Below are positions 19,197-27,984 of a DNA stretch of 35,608 bases, in pieces. Origin of the DNA: a virus (Duplodnaviria > Caudoviricetes). Where the stretch lies: the IMG/VR virus record IMGVR_UViG_3300037506_000165, positions 1 to 35,608 of that record, one strand, 5' to 3'. A program made the translations under genes and the position numbers. How positions within the stretch are numbered: the first letter of the stretch is position 1; every line of letters starts with the position of its first letter. The notes beneath the pieces are model-generated. The model was not told where the DNA came from. It saw only the letters and a program-made list of their open reading frames with translations, and did no database searches.

Positions 19197-20525
19197 ATGT
19201 TCGTGCAACTCCTGAAAGACCACTTGGGTCAAAAGGCTGGCGCGCGCGTAGACGTTGACGAGCCGGTCGCCAAGACCCTGATGGAGCAAGGCATCGCCAA
19301 AGAGTTGGCTGCCAACCCGTTGGAGGAATTGGTCGCCAAGTCGATGGAAGGCATTCTTGCCAGCCTCCACAAAACCCTCGAAGCGAATCTCGAACACCAA
19401 CTGAAAGAATTCGCCAAAGCCCAGACTTGCTCCCGCAAAGGAGCCGCCGAGCGCATCTTTGGACACCGAGACGCAGACGCAAACCCCAAGGGCAACACCT
19501 TTGGCAAGTTTTTGCTAGCCGTTCGTCTTGGCGACCATAAAGCCTTGGAGGGCATGGGAGCTAAGTACGTCGAGTGGAACGACGTGCCAGCCGAATACAA
19601 GTCCACACTGGTCACCCAAGAAGGCACACTGGGAGGCTACGCCGTTCCGGATGAACACTACCAGGACATCTTGTCGCTGGTCATTGAAAAAACTGTCGTA
19701 CGCAAGCGAGCCCTGGTTATTCCGATGAGCGGCCGCACCTTAAAGGTGCCCATCGTCGATCACGCAACCGCTCCGGCCTCTGGCGATACTGCCTACCTGG
19801 GCGGCATGACAATGACTTGGACCGAAGAAGGCGCAGCCGCAACCGAGGACAACCCGCTCCTTGAGCAGATCGACCTCACCAACTACGAACTTCTCGGCTA
19901 CGTGCCGGCCAGCAACACCTTGCAGCAGGACTTCAAGGGCCTAGAAAGCTTCTTGAAGCGACTCTTTGCTGACGGTATTGCCTGGTACGAGGATCGCGCC
20001 TTCCTCCGTGGCGACGGCGTCGGCAAGCCATTGGGCGCCCAAAGCTGGACTGGATTCATCTCTGTCACCCGAAGCGCAGCCAGCGCATTTGCTCTGGCTG
20101 ATTACGCTGGCGTCCTGGCGCGTTGGCTTGGCGAATACAACGCCAGGCATTCCTGTTGGGTCGCTCACCCCACGGTGCTTGCCAAGCTGTATCAACTGGT
20201 GGCCACCAACAGCATCCCGCTCTTCATTGACAATGTGCGCGACAAGCCTGGCGCGATGCTTGGAGGTTTGCCGCTAGAAATCAGCGAAAAAGTCCCGGCG
20301 CTCAACACTGCTGGCGACATCGGAGTCTACGACTTCAGCAAGTACCTGATCGGTGATCGGCAGCAATACGAAGTCGCCTTCAGCCGAGACTTCCTGTTCA
20401 ACAAGAACCAGACCGCATGGCGCGTGGTTGACCGCGTTGGTGGGCTCCCCTGGATGCGCGACAAGTTCACGCTATCCGATGCCACTAATACGCTCGGCCC
20501 GTTCGTCGGACTCGCCGCCGGATAA
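19197..20525 (+). CDS. major capsid protein (HK97 fold)
   Basis: GGYAVP, WTEEG, FLRGDGVGKPLG, LGGLP, DFSKYLIGDR, FNKNQTAWR. Confidence 0.93.
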   Translation: MFVQLLKDHLGQKAGARVDVDEPVAKTLMEQGIAKELAANPLEELVAKSMEGILASLHKTLEANLEHQLKEFAKAQTCSRKGAAERIFGHRDADANPKGNTFGKFLLAVRLGDHKALEGMGAKYVEWNDVPAEYKSTLVTQEGTLGGYAVPDEHYQDILSLVIEKTVVRKRALVIPMSGRTLKVPIVDHATAPASGDTAYLGGMTMTWTEEGAAATEDNPLLEQIDLTNYELLGYVPASNTLQQDFKGLESFLKRLFADGIAWYEDRAFLRGDGVGKPLGAQSWTGFISVTRSAASAFALADYAGVLARWLGEYNARHSCWVAHPTVLAKLYQLVATNSIPLFIDNVRDKPGAMLGGLPLEISEKVPALNTAGDIGVYDFSKYLIGDRQQYEVAFSRDFLFNKNQTAWRVVDRVGGLPWMRDKFTLSDATNTLGPFVGLAAG

Positions 20526-20559
20526 CAACGATACACCTCTTTTGTCGCAGCCGTGAATA

Positions 20560-20584
20560 GGGGGCTGAGCCAAGCTCAGCCCCC
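20560..20584 (+). terminator. GC-rich stem-loop after capsid gene
   Basis: GGGGGCTGAGC-CAA-GCTCAGCCCCC. Confidence 0.5.
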
Positions 20585-20599
20585 GGCGCTGAGAGCAAA

Positions 20600-20782
20600 A
20601 TGACCTACTTCAAAGCTTGGTGCCGATGTCCCGTGTGCAACAAACTCCACATGGCGTACACCACCAAAAACACTCCGCGACTCAGCGGAGGCAGTTACAG
20701 CCTGCCGTGTGAAAAGCACTGCAATCATCGGCCAAACAAGCCAACCAGTACACAACCATCCCTTTTCAACTCCAAGGAATAA
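20600..20782 (+). CDS. small Cys-rich hypothetical protein
   Basis: CRCPVC...CEKHC; inserted in the head operon. Confidence 0.35.
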   Translation: MTYFKAWCRCPVCNKLHMAYTTKNTPRLSGGSYSLPCEKHCNHRPNKPTSTQPSLFNSKE

Positions 20783-20785
20783 CCC

Positions 20786-21220
20786 ATGCAGTGGCTCCAT
20801 GAACAGATCGGCGTCGTCGCAACCATTGACGCCAAGGACCAGAACAACCAGTCTGGCGTCTTGAGCGACGCCATCGACATGTCCAAGTTCCGTCAGATTC
20901 TGGCCATCCTGAACTGCGGAAACGTGGACAACGCATTCGACATGAAGCTTCAGGCTTCCGCGACTGCCGGCGGCTCTTACGCGGACATCACCGGCAAAGC
21001 CATCACGCAGCTTGCGGCCCACGCCACCAACAACGACGGCAAGATAGTCGCGATCGCGCTCAAGCAGGAAGAAATGCCTGCCGGCAAGCAGTTCGTCAAG
21101 GTCAGTCTGACTGTGGGCAACGGAACAGCGAACCCGTGCGCAGTCATCGTGCTCGGCGAAGCAGTCTATGCGCCGGCCACAAATCATGACTTAGCCGACG
21201 TAGCAGAGATCATCAAGTAG
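20786..21220 (+). CDS. probable head decoration/cement protein
   Basis: AAGGA RBS; IDMSKF...KLQASATAGGSYADITGKAI beta-rich pattern after capsid gene. Confidence 0.65.
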   Translation: MQWLHEQIGVVATIDAKDQNNQSGVLSDAIDMSKFRQILAILNCGNVDNAFDMKLQASATAGGSYADITGKAITQLAAHATNNDGKIVAIALKQEEMPAGKQFVKVSLTVGNGTANPCAVIVLGEAVYAPATNHDLADVAEIIK

Positions 21221-21233
21221 CTTCAAGCCACAT

Positions 21234-21255
21234 GGGCCTGGCGCACGCCAGGCCC
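21234..21255 (+). terminator. intrinsic terminator-like hairpin
   Basis: GGGCCTGGCG-CA-CGCCAGGCCC followed by CCTTT. Confidence 0.45.
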
Positions 21256-21272
21256 CCTTTGGTTGCACACTT

Positions 21273-22157
21273 ATGGCTGACCTCATCACCGCCGCGTACG
21301 CCAAGCGACGCATCAATAAGACCACTTTCACCTCGGGCGAAGATACGCTCATCAACGAGCTACTGGCCGCCTGCTCGAAGCAAATACGCAAATTCTGCCG
21401 CAGAGAGTTCGATAACCAGCAATTCGACCAACTGTACAACGGAACTGGGCACCGCCGGCTCATGCTGCACGAATGCCCCATAATCTCAATAGCCCGAGTC
21501 GCCAGCGGCCCAACAGACGTACTGAAGGTTACCAACACCGCCAGCGCCAACCAGCGCGCAACCGTCGCTGTCACCAGCACAGGCTTGACGTTGGTGCGTG
21601 TTGCATCCGCAGTCACAACCACTAACACGTTGGCATTTGCCGATTCAGACAAGAACACCATTGGCGAATTGGCGACCGCCATCACGGCACTTGGAAACGG
21701 CTGGAGCGGAACAGCGGTCAGCGGATATTCAGACTGGCCCAGCGCTGACCTCAAAGCAATCCAGGGCGCTTTCAACGCCAAAGACGCCACGGTTGGACTG
21801 AAGATTCACGTCACAGAATTATCAAGCTATGAAATTGAAGCTGACGCCGGTTTCTTGATTCGCAGCGCACCAGGCCAGAACCCATTCATCCCGCCATACG
21901 ACGACTTGATCTGGACGCCAGGCTACCACAACTACCGCGTCATATACAACGCCGGCTTCGCAACGGTACCGGAAATCATCCAAGAGGCTTGTGCAGAATG
22001 GGTAGCAGCACTTTTTTGGCAATCCAAGCGCGACCCTGGGGCCACCAAGACAAGCACATCGTATCCCTCACAGCCAACGACCCTCCCAACGCTCGGAATG
22101 CCTGAGCAAATCAGGCAGATGATCGAGCCGTACATCAACCCAAGGCTGCAACTGTAG
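21273..22157 (+). CDS. head-tail adaptor (gp6/gp15-like) with large central insertion
   Basis: LITAAYAK...EDTLINELLAACSKQIRKFCRREF...YNAGFATVPEIIQEAC. Confidence 0.8.
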   Translation: MADLITAAYAKRRINKTTFTSGEDTLINELLAACSKQIRKFCRREFDNQQFDQLYNGTGHRRLMLHECPIISIARVASGPTDVLKVTNTASANQRATVAVTSTGLTLVRVASAVTTTNTLAFADSDKNTIGELATAITALGNGWSGTAVSGYSDWPSADLKAIQGAFNAKDATVGLKIHVTELSSYEIEADAGFLIRSAPGQNPFIPPYDDLIWTPGYHNYRVIYNAGFATVPEIIQEACAEWVAALFWQSKRDPGATKTSTSYPSQPTTLPTLGMPEQIRQMIEPYINPRLQL

Positions 22158-22158
22158 C

Positions 22159-22512
22159 ATGTTCGAACCGAACACCACCTGTGACATCTACCGAACTGGC
22201 ACCGCGCCGCCAGCGTCGCCAGCCGTATCGGGTGTCCAAATCCTACTCATTTCAGACTTCGAGCGTGGACAAGAAAAAGATGGCACAAAATGGAGCCATT
22301 ACATGCTCTGTGCACTCGACACGGACGTGCGAGACGATTGGGACGAAGGAACGCCGTCGCTAACCAACGACACGGTATGGATTCCAGATAAAGACGGCGT
22401 TGAGTACCGAGTTCAGTTCGTGACGCAACTGTACCGAGGTACTCCGGACGAGCAAAAGAAAGTCTACCTGGCCCGCGCAGGAGTCACGTGGCCGAAAAAC
22501 GACGGGCTGTAA
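22159..22512 (+). CDS. probable head-closure (stopper) protein
   Basis: NTTCDIYR, DVRD, EYRVQFV; size and position after adaptor. Confidence 0.55.
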   Translation: MFEPNTTCDIYRTGTAPPASPAVSGVQILLISDFERGQEKDGTKWSHYMLCALDTDVRDDWDEGTPSLTNDTVWIPDKDGVEYRVQFVTQLYRGTPDEQKKVYLARAGVTWPKNDGL

Positions 22513-22513
22513 C

Positions 22514-22744
22514 ATGGACCTTCCAAACACCAAAAGCGAAGCTCAATCAGTGGTCGCCCTTTGCTCCGTCATAGGGCTGACCCTGGTAACCGCCGCCTCC
22601 CTGGTGGCCGACAGAGCCAACGGCACATCCAGCGAAGTGACTACCATGCTAGCAGGAGGGCTGATTTCGCTCTGCTCGACTGGAGCAAGTTGGTTATTCC
22701 GAAACGAAAACGGAAAACACACACCCACCAAGCCAGAAGCGTAA
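22514..22744 (+). CDS. small two-TM membrane protein (holin-like)
   Basis: two hydrophobic segments, charged C-tail, precedes amidase-like gene. Confidence 0.5.
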   Translation: MDLPNTKSEAQSVVALCSVIGLTLVTAASLVADRANGTSSEVTTMLAGGLISLCSTGASWLFRNENGKHTPTKPEA

Positions 22745-22851
22745 AGCAGACCTACTGGACGCACCGCCGACTCACGCCTCACCACGCACGTCTTTTTGTA
22801 CCTTCTGGCCACAAGGCCCCGCCCTGAGCCGCACAGGGCGGGGCACACGCC

Positions 22852-23406
22852 ATGAACAGACTTCCGCTCCTCAAGCCTGGCGACATCATTCTCCTCCACT
22901 CCGACAGCTGGATGGGCAGAGTGATCCGCTGGTTCGAAGCCAAGCAAACAGGACACGCGCGTGTCCAGCACGCCGCAATGGCTCTTGGCGGACTTATGCG
23001 ACAACCAGCCGTGCTTGAAGCCCTGGCCACCGTCCGGCGCACACCTCTATCACGATACACAGATCAGCAAATCATCATCTACCGACACAAGCATCTGCCA
23101 AAAGCAGCCAGATGCGAAATTGCTCTCGAAGCCGTAACGCGCCAAGGCGAGCCATATGCCGTCCTCAAGCTCTTGTTGCTGGCCGCAGACGCCTTAACGG
23201 GAACCACATTCTTCAGCCGCACATTCAAGATCACCAAGCTCATGGTGTGCTCAAACGTCATTGCCTGGGCTTACGAGCGAGTGCTTGGCTTCCAACCGTT
23301 CAACTTGCCCTGGCAGAGCGTAACACCAGACCACATAGACGACACTTGCTCACGCAACCCAGAAGATTGGGAATGCCTCTACGACTCCATCGAGGAGAAC
23401 ACATGA
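22852..23406 (+). CDS. permuted papain-like NlpC/P60 amidase (YiiX/YebB-like)
   Basis: LKPGDIIL, QHAAM (His) before GEPY and VCSNVIAWAY (Cys). Confidence 0.8.
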   Translation: MNRLPLLKPGDIILLHSDSWMGRVIRWFEAKQTGHARVQHAAMALGGLMRQPAVLEALATVRRTPLSRYTDQQIIIYRHKHLPKAARCEIALEAVTRQGEPYAVLKLLLLAADALTGTTFFSRTFKITKLMVCSNVIAWAYERVLGFQPFNLPWQSVTPDHIDDTCSRNPEDWECLYDSIEENT

Positions 23407-24494
23407 TTCACGCCTTCGCGCTGCTTACAGCCATCACCTTCGCTTGACCACCAAGCCAGCAGAGCCCAGTTGGGCCAAATCCGACGCCAGGCACGGCAGC
23501 CAGCCACGCCACCGTTCAGGTCATCATAACGTCGCAGAGCGGAGCGCAGGGAGGCGGTTCTGGCGTAGTGGTTGCCGTCAAGCCATCGGACAAAACTCCT
23601 GGCAACTTTACGGCCTACATTCTCACGTGCCGACACGTCGTCATGGACGAGGACTCACGAACACACCAATCAAACATCACCGTCAAATTCCCAAACAACA
23701 ACCACACTACGGCTGACATCTTCCGAACCACAAGCATCTCGGAGCCAGTAGACCTGGCTATCATCGTAACAACGATCAACTGGTCGCAGCCAACAGCCAA
23801 GCTGGCAGACAGTGAAGCGCAGACAGGCGAACCTGTATTCTGCGTCGGCTATCCAGGGCTAATCGGCCCAAAGCTTCGCAACGGTGTCAGCCGAGGCTAC
23901 GCTGGGGCAATCAGTAATCCGCCAGCAGTGCCGCGCAACAGCAATGAATTCGCACTGGCCTGCGAACCAGGAGACAGCGGTGCCGGAGTCTGGCGCACAT
24001 CATCTGGATATTTGGTCGGCATCGTTTGGGGCGGCGAACCAATCAACATCACGTACGCCGTCACACTAGCCGACATCAGGGCGTTTTGCGAATACACAGG
24101 CTGCCCGTGCCCAAAGAACCCAACCAGGCCGCCCGCTGACCTGCCACGGTTCCCGCCTGAGCCAGGCCCCCAAGGGCCTCCTGGCCCACCAGGACCTCCT
24201 GGCAGAGACGCCGAGCCTCCACCAATCAGCGCGGCTGGCCATATCGTCACAGGCGTGCTCACCGGCAGCGCATTCCCAATCATCTTTGGATTGGGACAGC
24301 TTGGTGCCTGGCTTTGGCGTCGCCGCCGGCCAGGCGAAGCCCTACCGATTCCAGTGCCGCCCGTACAAGCGCCACCAGGAGACCCGCTCGAAAACGCGCT
24401 GACCGAACTCAGTAAGCGCTTCGACTCAATCCAGAAAGTCTCAGCCATAGTGCACCAAATCGCAGCCAAGCTGCCCAAGCCAAACGCGCAATAG
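23403..24494 (+). CDS. secreted trypsin-like serine protease with collagen repeat and TM anchor; in-frame TGA at codon 15
   Basis: LTCRHV, DLAI, PGDSG triad; GSGVVV lies upstream of the track start in the same frame; GAGGAG RBS at 23403; TGA 23445-23447. Confidence 0.8.
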
Positions 24495-24562
24495 ATTCCG
24501 CCGCGGGCCCGCCACAAGCAGCACTGCGGGCCTGCGGCGCCTACAACTCTGACGAGGATAGC

Positions 24563-24757
24563 ATGAGGGAACGCAAGAAACCCAAGCCGGCCTTCCGAGT
24601 CTGCCTTGTCTTGCAGCAGCAAGACGAAGCTGGACGATTTCAGCACTTGGCCATCAAGAGGATCGGCAAAGGATACGCAACGCAAGAAGAGGCCCAGGCG
24701 GCTTTCGACGCCACTCTGGCGCAACTAAAGCTACCCGCAACCACGGTCCCAGAATGA
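24563..24757 (+). CDS. hypothetical protein
   Basis: GAGGA RBS, ATGA overlap. Confidence 0.55.
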   Translation: MRERKKPKPAFRVCLVLQQQDEAGRFQHLAIKRIGKGYATQEEAQAAFDATLAQLKLPATTVPE

Positions 24758-25110
24758 TCGCTTGGCTAGCCAACATCGCGACTTCCATCGCTAGCGCATT
24801 GCAAGCGCACAGGAAGCCCAAAGCCAAACGCTCTCCGCGTTGGCCGCAACTGAGAGCGGAGCACCTCAGATTAGAGCCTTACTGCCAAGCTTGCGGCAGA
24901 GCCAACCATTTGAGCGTGCACCACGTCGAGCCTGTGCACGTTGCGCCCGACAAAGAGCTTGACTCGAACAACCTCATTACTCTGTGCGAAGGGCCGGTTT
25001 TCAACTGCCACCTGTTTTTCGGACACCTCGGCAACTGGAAAAGCTGGAACCCAACTGTCAGGAAAGACGCCTGGTATTGGAAAACCAAGGTATGCACACG
25101 ACTGAAATAA
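24754..25110 (+). CDS. HNH endonuclease (gp74-like)
   Basis: RWPQLRAEHL...CQAC...VHHVEP...NLITLC...CH. Confidence 0.85.
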   Translation: MIAWLANIATSIASALQAHRKPKAKRSPRWPQLRAEHLRLEPYCQACGRANHLSVHHVEPVHVAPDKELDSNNLITLCEGPVFNCHLFFGHLGNWKSWNPTVRKDAWYWKTKVCTRLK

Positions 25111-25844
25111 AGAGCATCTATCTGGCAGGCCCAATGCGAGGAAAGCCAGAGTTCAATTTTCCGGCGTTCAACGAAGCCGCCGCCAACCTGCGAAGCAAAG
25201 GGTACGCAGTATTCAATCCAGCCGAGCGAGATGTTATTGAGGACGGATTCGACCCTCGCAAAGACCAGCCCAAGTCGCTGGCCCATTACATGCAACACGA
25301 CTTACCGGCCGTCTGTGGCTCCGACTGCATAGTAGTGCTGCCTGGCTGGCAACAGTCACAAGGCGCAACCTTGGAAGTTCATGTTGCGAAAGCGCTAGGA
25401 CTTCCCGTACTGAAATACCCAGACTTGGAGCCTGAAGCCGAAGAGACAATCGTCACCAACAAAGACACGGGCGGAGCTAAGGCTGCCAAGTCGGCCCGAT
25501 TCGACTTGCTTCCCTGGGACATCCTCGAAGAGGACGCCAAACTCTACTGCGAAGGTGCCAAAAAGTACGCAGAGAGAAATTGGGAGCGAGGCTATGCATG
25601 GAGCTTGAGCTTTGCAGCAGCCATCAGGCACATGACGGCTTTCTGGCAGCGCCGCGAGTCTCTCGATCCTGAGACTCGGAGACACCACCTGGCTTCAGCA
25701 AGATTCCACCTTGCAGCGCTCATGAGGTTTGAGCGCGATTTCCCCTGGCTTGACGACAGACCAAAACCACAAGGAGCGACCAATGGAAGCAGTGACATTC
25801 ACATATCTCATCGGCCAAGTGGTCCGTTTAGCCAAGAGCCTTGA
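25092..25844 (+). CDS. DUF4406 (nucleoside deoxyribosyltransferase-like) fused to dATP/dGTP diphosphohydrolase (DUF5664-like)
   Basis: IYLAGPMRG..FNFPAF...LPGWQQSQGATLE; then RFDLLP...GAKKYAERNWERG...DPETRRHHLA. Confidence 0.85.
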   Translation: MHTTEIKSIYLAGPMRGKPEFNFPAFNEAAANLRSKGYAVFNPAERDVIEDGFDPRKDQPKSLAHYMQHDLPAVCGSDCIVVLPGWQQSQGATLEVHVAKALGLPVLKYPDLEPEAEETIVTNKDTGGAKAAKSARFDLLPWDILEEDAKLYCEGAKKYAERNWERGYAWSLSFAAAIRHMTAFWQRRESLDPETRRHHLASARFHLAALMRFERDFPWLDDRPKPQGATNGSSDIHISHRPSGPFSQEP

Positions 25845-25974
25845 AGAAGGCGAGATCGTGGCTCAGGCCCGCTACAGCTACATGGAGCCTCACTACTTAG
25901 TGCGCTACAAAGACAGCACCGGCTCACAACGAGAAGTTTGGTGGTGCGAAAGCGCAATCACTTCTGTCCCATAA
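25783..25974 (+). CDS. small SH3-like beta-barrel protein (paralog 1)
   Basis: AAGGAG RBS; FTYLIGQVV...GEIV...YLVRY...WWCESAI. Confidence 0.7.
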   Translation: MEAVTFTYLIGQVVRLAKSLEEGEIVAQARYSYMEPHYLVRYKDSTGSQREVWWCESAITSVP

Positions 25975-25986
25975 CAGGAGCACACA

Positions 25987-26178
25987 ATGGACGATCCGTT
26001 CCAATTCCAGATCAATCAGTGGGTGCGCTACCTGGCGGCGCAAGACGAAGGTCAGGTCATTGACCGCTATGAGGACCTAACGGACGGCACGCGATGGTAC
26101 ATTGTGCATTTCACCGATGCCGCTGGGCAGTCCTACGAAGCCGAACACAAAGAAGATGAATTGGAGGCAGTAGAGTAA
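25987..26178 (+). CDS. small SH3-like protein (paralog 2)
   Basis: AGGAG RBS; MDDPFQFQINQWV...GQVIDR...YIVHF...EDELE. Confidence 0.7.
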   Translation: MDDPFQFQINQWVRYLAAQDEGQVIDRYEDLTDGTRWYIVHFTDAAGQSYEAEHKEDELEAVE

Positions 26179-26357
26179 TGGATGACCCCTTTATCTTCTC
26201 CATTGGCGAAGAAGTGAGCATCATTCCGCTCATCAACACTGGAACCGTCATCGACAGGCGCGAAACGCTTGAAGGTGTGCGCGAGTACCTTGTGCACTAC
26301 ACGGTCAACGAAGAAATACATGACGAATGGTTTCCCGAGGACCAACTGGAGCGATGA
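26178..26357 (+). CDS. small SH3-like protein (paralog 3, 59 aa, not in ORF track)
   Basis: MDDPFIFSIGEEVSIIPLINTGTVIDRRETLEGVREYLVHYTVNEEIHDEWFPEDQLER; TAATG and ATGA coupling. Confidence 0.75.
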   Translation: MDDPFIFSIGEEVSIIPLINTGTVIDRRETLEGVREYLVHYTVNEEIHDEWFPEDQLER

Positions 26358-27340
26358 GAAGCCCAGCTGCGCAAGTGATACACGAACTCTTGGAGCGATG
26401 CCCAGACGCGCCTGCGCTAACCATCGCCAAGCGAGCGTACGCCAAGTGGCCGCGCCTGTGGCCCAACCTTGAGGCTTGTCGCACAATGGTGCGAGAGAAA
26501 CTAGGGGTGCACGGCGAGAGTCACCGCAAATACGCCACACATCCACGCAAGCCCAGACGGGCCGGCGAAATCCCTGAGCCGCTCAAGCATTTTGCTGCGC
26601 CGTGGGACAGCATTCGGGTAGCCGGCCCCCTCAGGGCGCTAGTGCTCTCTGATATTCACGCTCCGTATCACGACCACCGCGCCATCCACTTGGCTCTGAA
26701 GTACGGAAGCGACCGCAAGGCTAACCTGATCCTGCTAAACGGAGACACTTTCGACTTCTACGGAATCAGTTGGTGGCAACGAGACCCGAGACAGAGAGAC
26801 TTCCCCAAAGAAGTACAGATAGGCCGACAACTACTGGAAGCCATTCGCGACCAGTTCCCCAGGGCCAGAATCATCTTCAAGGAAGGAAACCACGAAGAGC
26901 GCTACGTCTCCAACATGCGCACCAATGCCCCAGACTTCCTGGGTATTGACGACTTTGAGCTACGCAGCGTGTTTCGCTTCGACCGGCTGCACATCGAGCA
27001 TGTCGGCGACAAGAGACCAATCAAGCTCGGCAAGCTCAACGTGATTCATGGCCACGAGTACCGCGTCGCCGTGCAAAACCCAGTAAGCCCGGCGCGGTTC
27101 TTCTTCCTGCGCGGCCAATGCCACTGCCTTGGCGGACACTTCCATCATACGAGCCAGTTCAGCCACAAAAATATCGAGGGTCACGTCATCAGCACGTGGT
27201 CTACCGGCTGCCTGTGTGACTTGAACCCCGATTACCGCCCACTCAACAACTTCAATCACGGATTTGCTTTTGTCGAGATCACAAGCAGCGGCGCGTTTAC
27301 CGTAGACAACCTGCGAATCATAGACGGCGAGGTTTGGTAA
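26354..27340 (+). CDS. calcineurin-like metallophosphoesterase
   Basis: SDIH, NGDTFD, GNHE, HGHE, GHFH motifs. Confidence 0.9.
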   Translation: MRSPAAQVIHELLERCPDAPALTIAKRAYAKWPRLWPNLEACRTMVREKLGVHGESHRKYATHPRKPRRAGEIPEPLKHFAAPWDSIRVAGPLRALVLSDIHAPYHDHRAIHLALKYGSDRKANLILLNGDTFDFYGISWWQRDPRQRDFPKEVQIGRQLLEAIRDQFPRARIIFKEGNHEERYVSNMRTNAPDFLGIDDFELRSVFRFDRLHIEHVGDKRPIKLGKLNVIHGHEYRVAVQNPVSPARFFFLRGQCHCLGGHFHHTSQFSHKNIEGHVISTWSTGCLCDLNPDYRPLNNFNHGFAFVEITSSGAFTVDNLRIIDGEVW

Positions 27341-27879
27341 TGTCCGTACGCAACCGCATCAAAGAGCATCGCACCGTCAAGGCCAAAGACTTGAAGCCCC
27401 ACCCGCTCAACTGGCGGATGCACCCAGAGCGCCAAAAGAAAGCCATGAAGGCAATGCTCAAGGACGTAGGATTCGCTCGCTCCGTCACGGCTTATGAAGA
27501 TCCCGAAACCAAAGAGCTAATCTTGATCGACGGCCACCTTCGCACCGAGCTTGACCCCGAGGCCGAAGTCGTAGTGGAAGTGCTGGATGTCACGCCCGAC
27601 GAAGCCAAGAAGCTGCTTCTCACTATGGACCCGCTGTCCATGCTAGCCTCAACCGACCAAGGCAAGCGCGATGCGCTCTTCCAATCCATTGAGCAGGCCA
27701 ACAAGGAAGCCGAAAAGGTCCTGAAAAGTCTCATGCCGTCCAATTCGCTGGCACACCTTGAACCAGACACTACCCGCCGGTATCATGTCCTGGTGACATG
27801 CACAGACGAAAAACACCAACTTCAGCTACTGAAGCAGTTCCAAGCCCTGGGCATGGAATGCAAAGCCATCCTCTCGTAA
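27340..27879 (+). CDS. ParB/Srx N-terminal domain protein
   Basis: LKPHPLNWRMH...VGF...LIDGHLR. Confidence 0.8.
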   Translation: MSVRNRIKEHRTVKAKDLKPHPLNWRMHPERQKKAMKAMLKDVGFARSVTAYEDPETKELILIDGHLRTELDPEAEVVVEVLDVTPDEAKKLLLTMDPLSMLASTDQGKRDALFQSIEQANKEAEKVLKSLMPSNSLAHLEPDTTRRYHVLVTCTDEKHQLQLLKQFQALGMECKAILS

Positions 27880-27984
27880 CGACGATAGAGGAGTTGGTGC
27901 GACGCAATTTCCACCTGCCCCTTTGGCTTTCCTGGCCGCTCCTCTTCCCAGCAATCCTCATCATCTTGGCTTACGACACATATC

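Noticed and set aside
23445-23447. Genome-wide TGA reassignment
   Set aside because: Many genes end in TGA with ATGA coupling to the next gene; only one in-frame TGA was seen.
4013-24724. Long antisense ORFs (e.g. 4013-4687, 7991-8854, 17521-18381, 23897-24724)
   Set aside because: Shadows of well-supported + strand genes.
25092-25844. Z-genome (2-aminoadenine) pathway
   Set aside because: No PurZ or dedicated polymerase is recognisable, and a normal adenine methylase is encoded.
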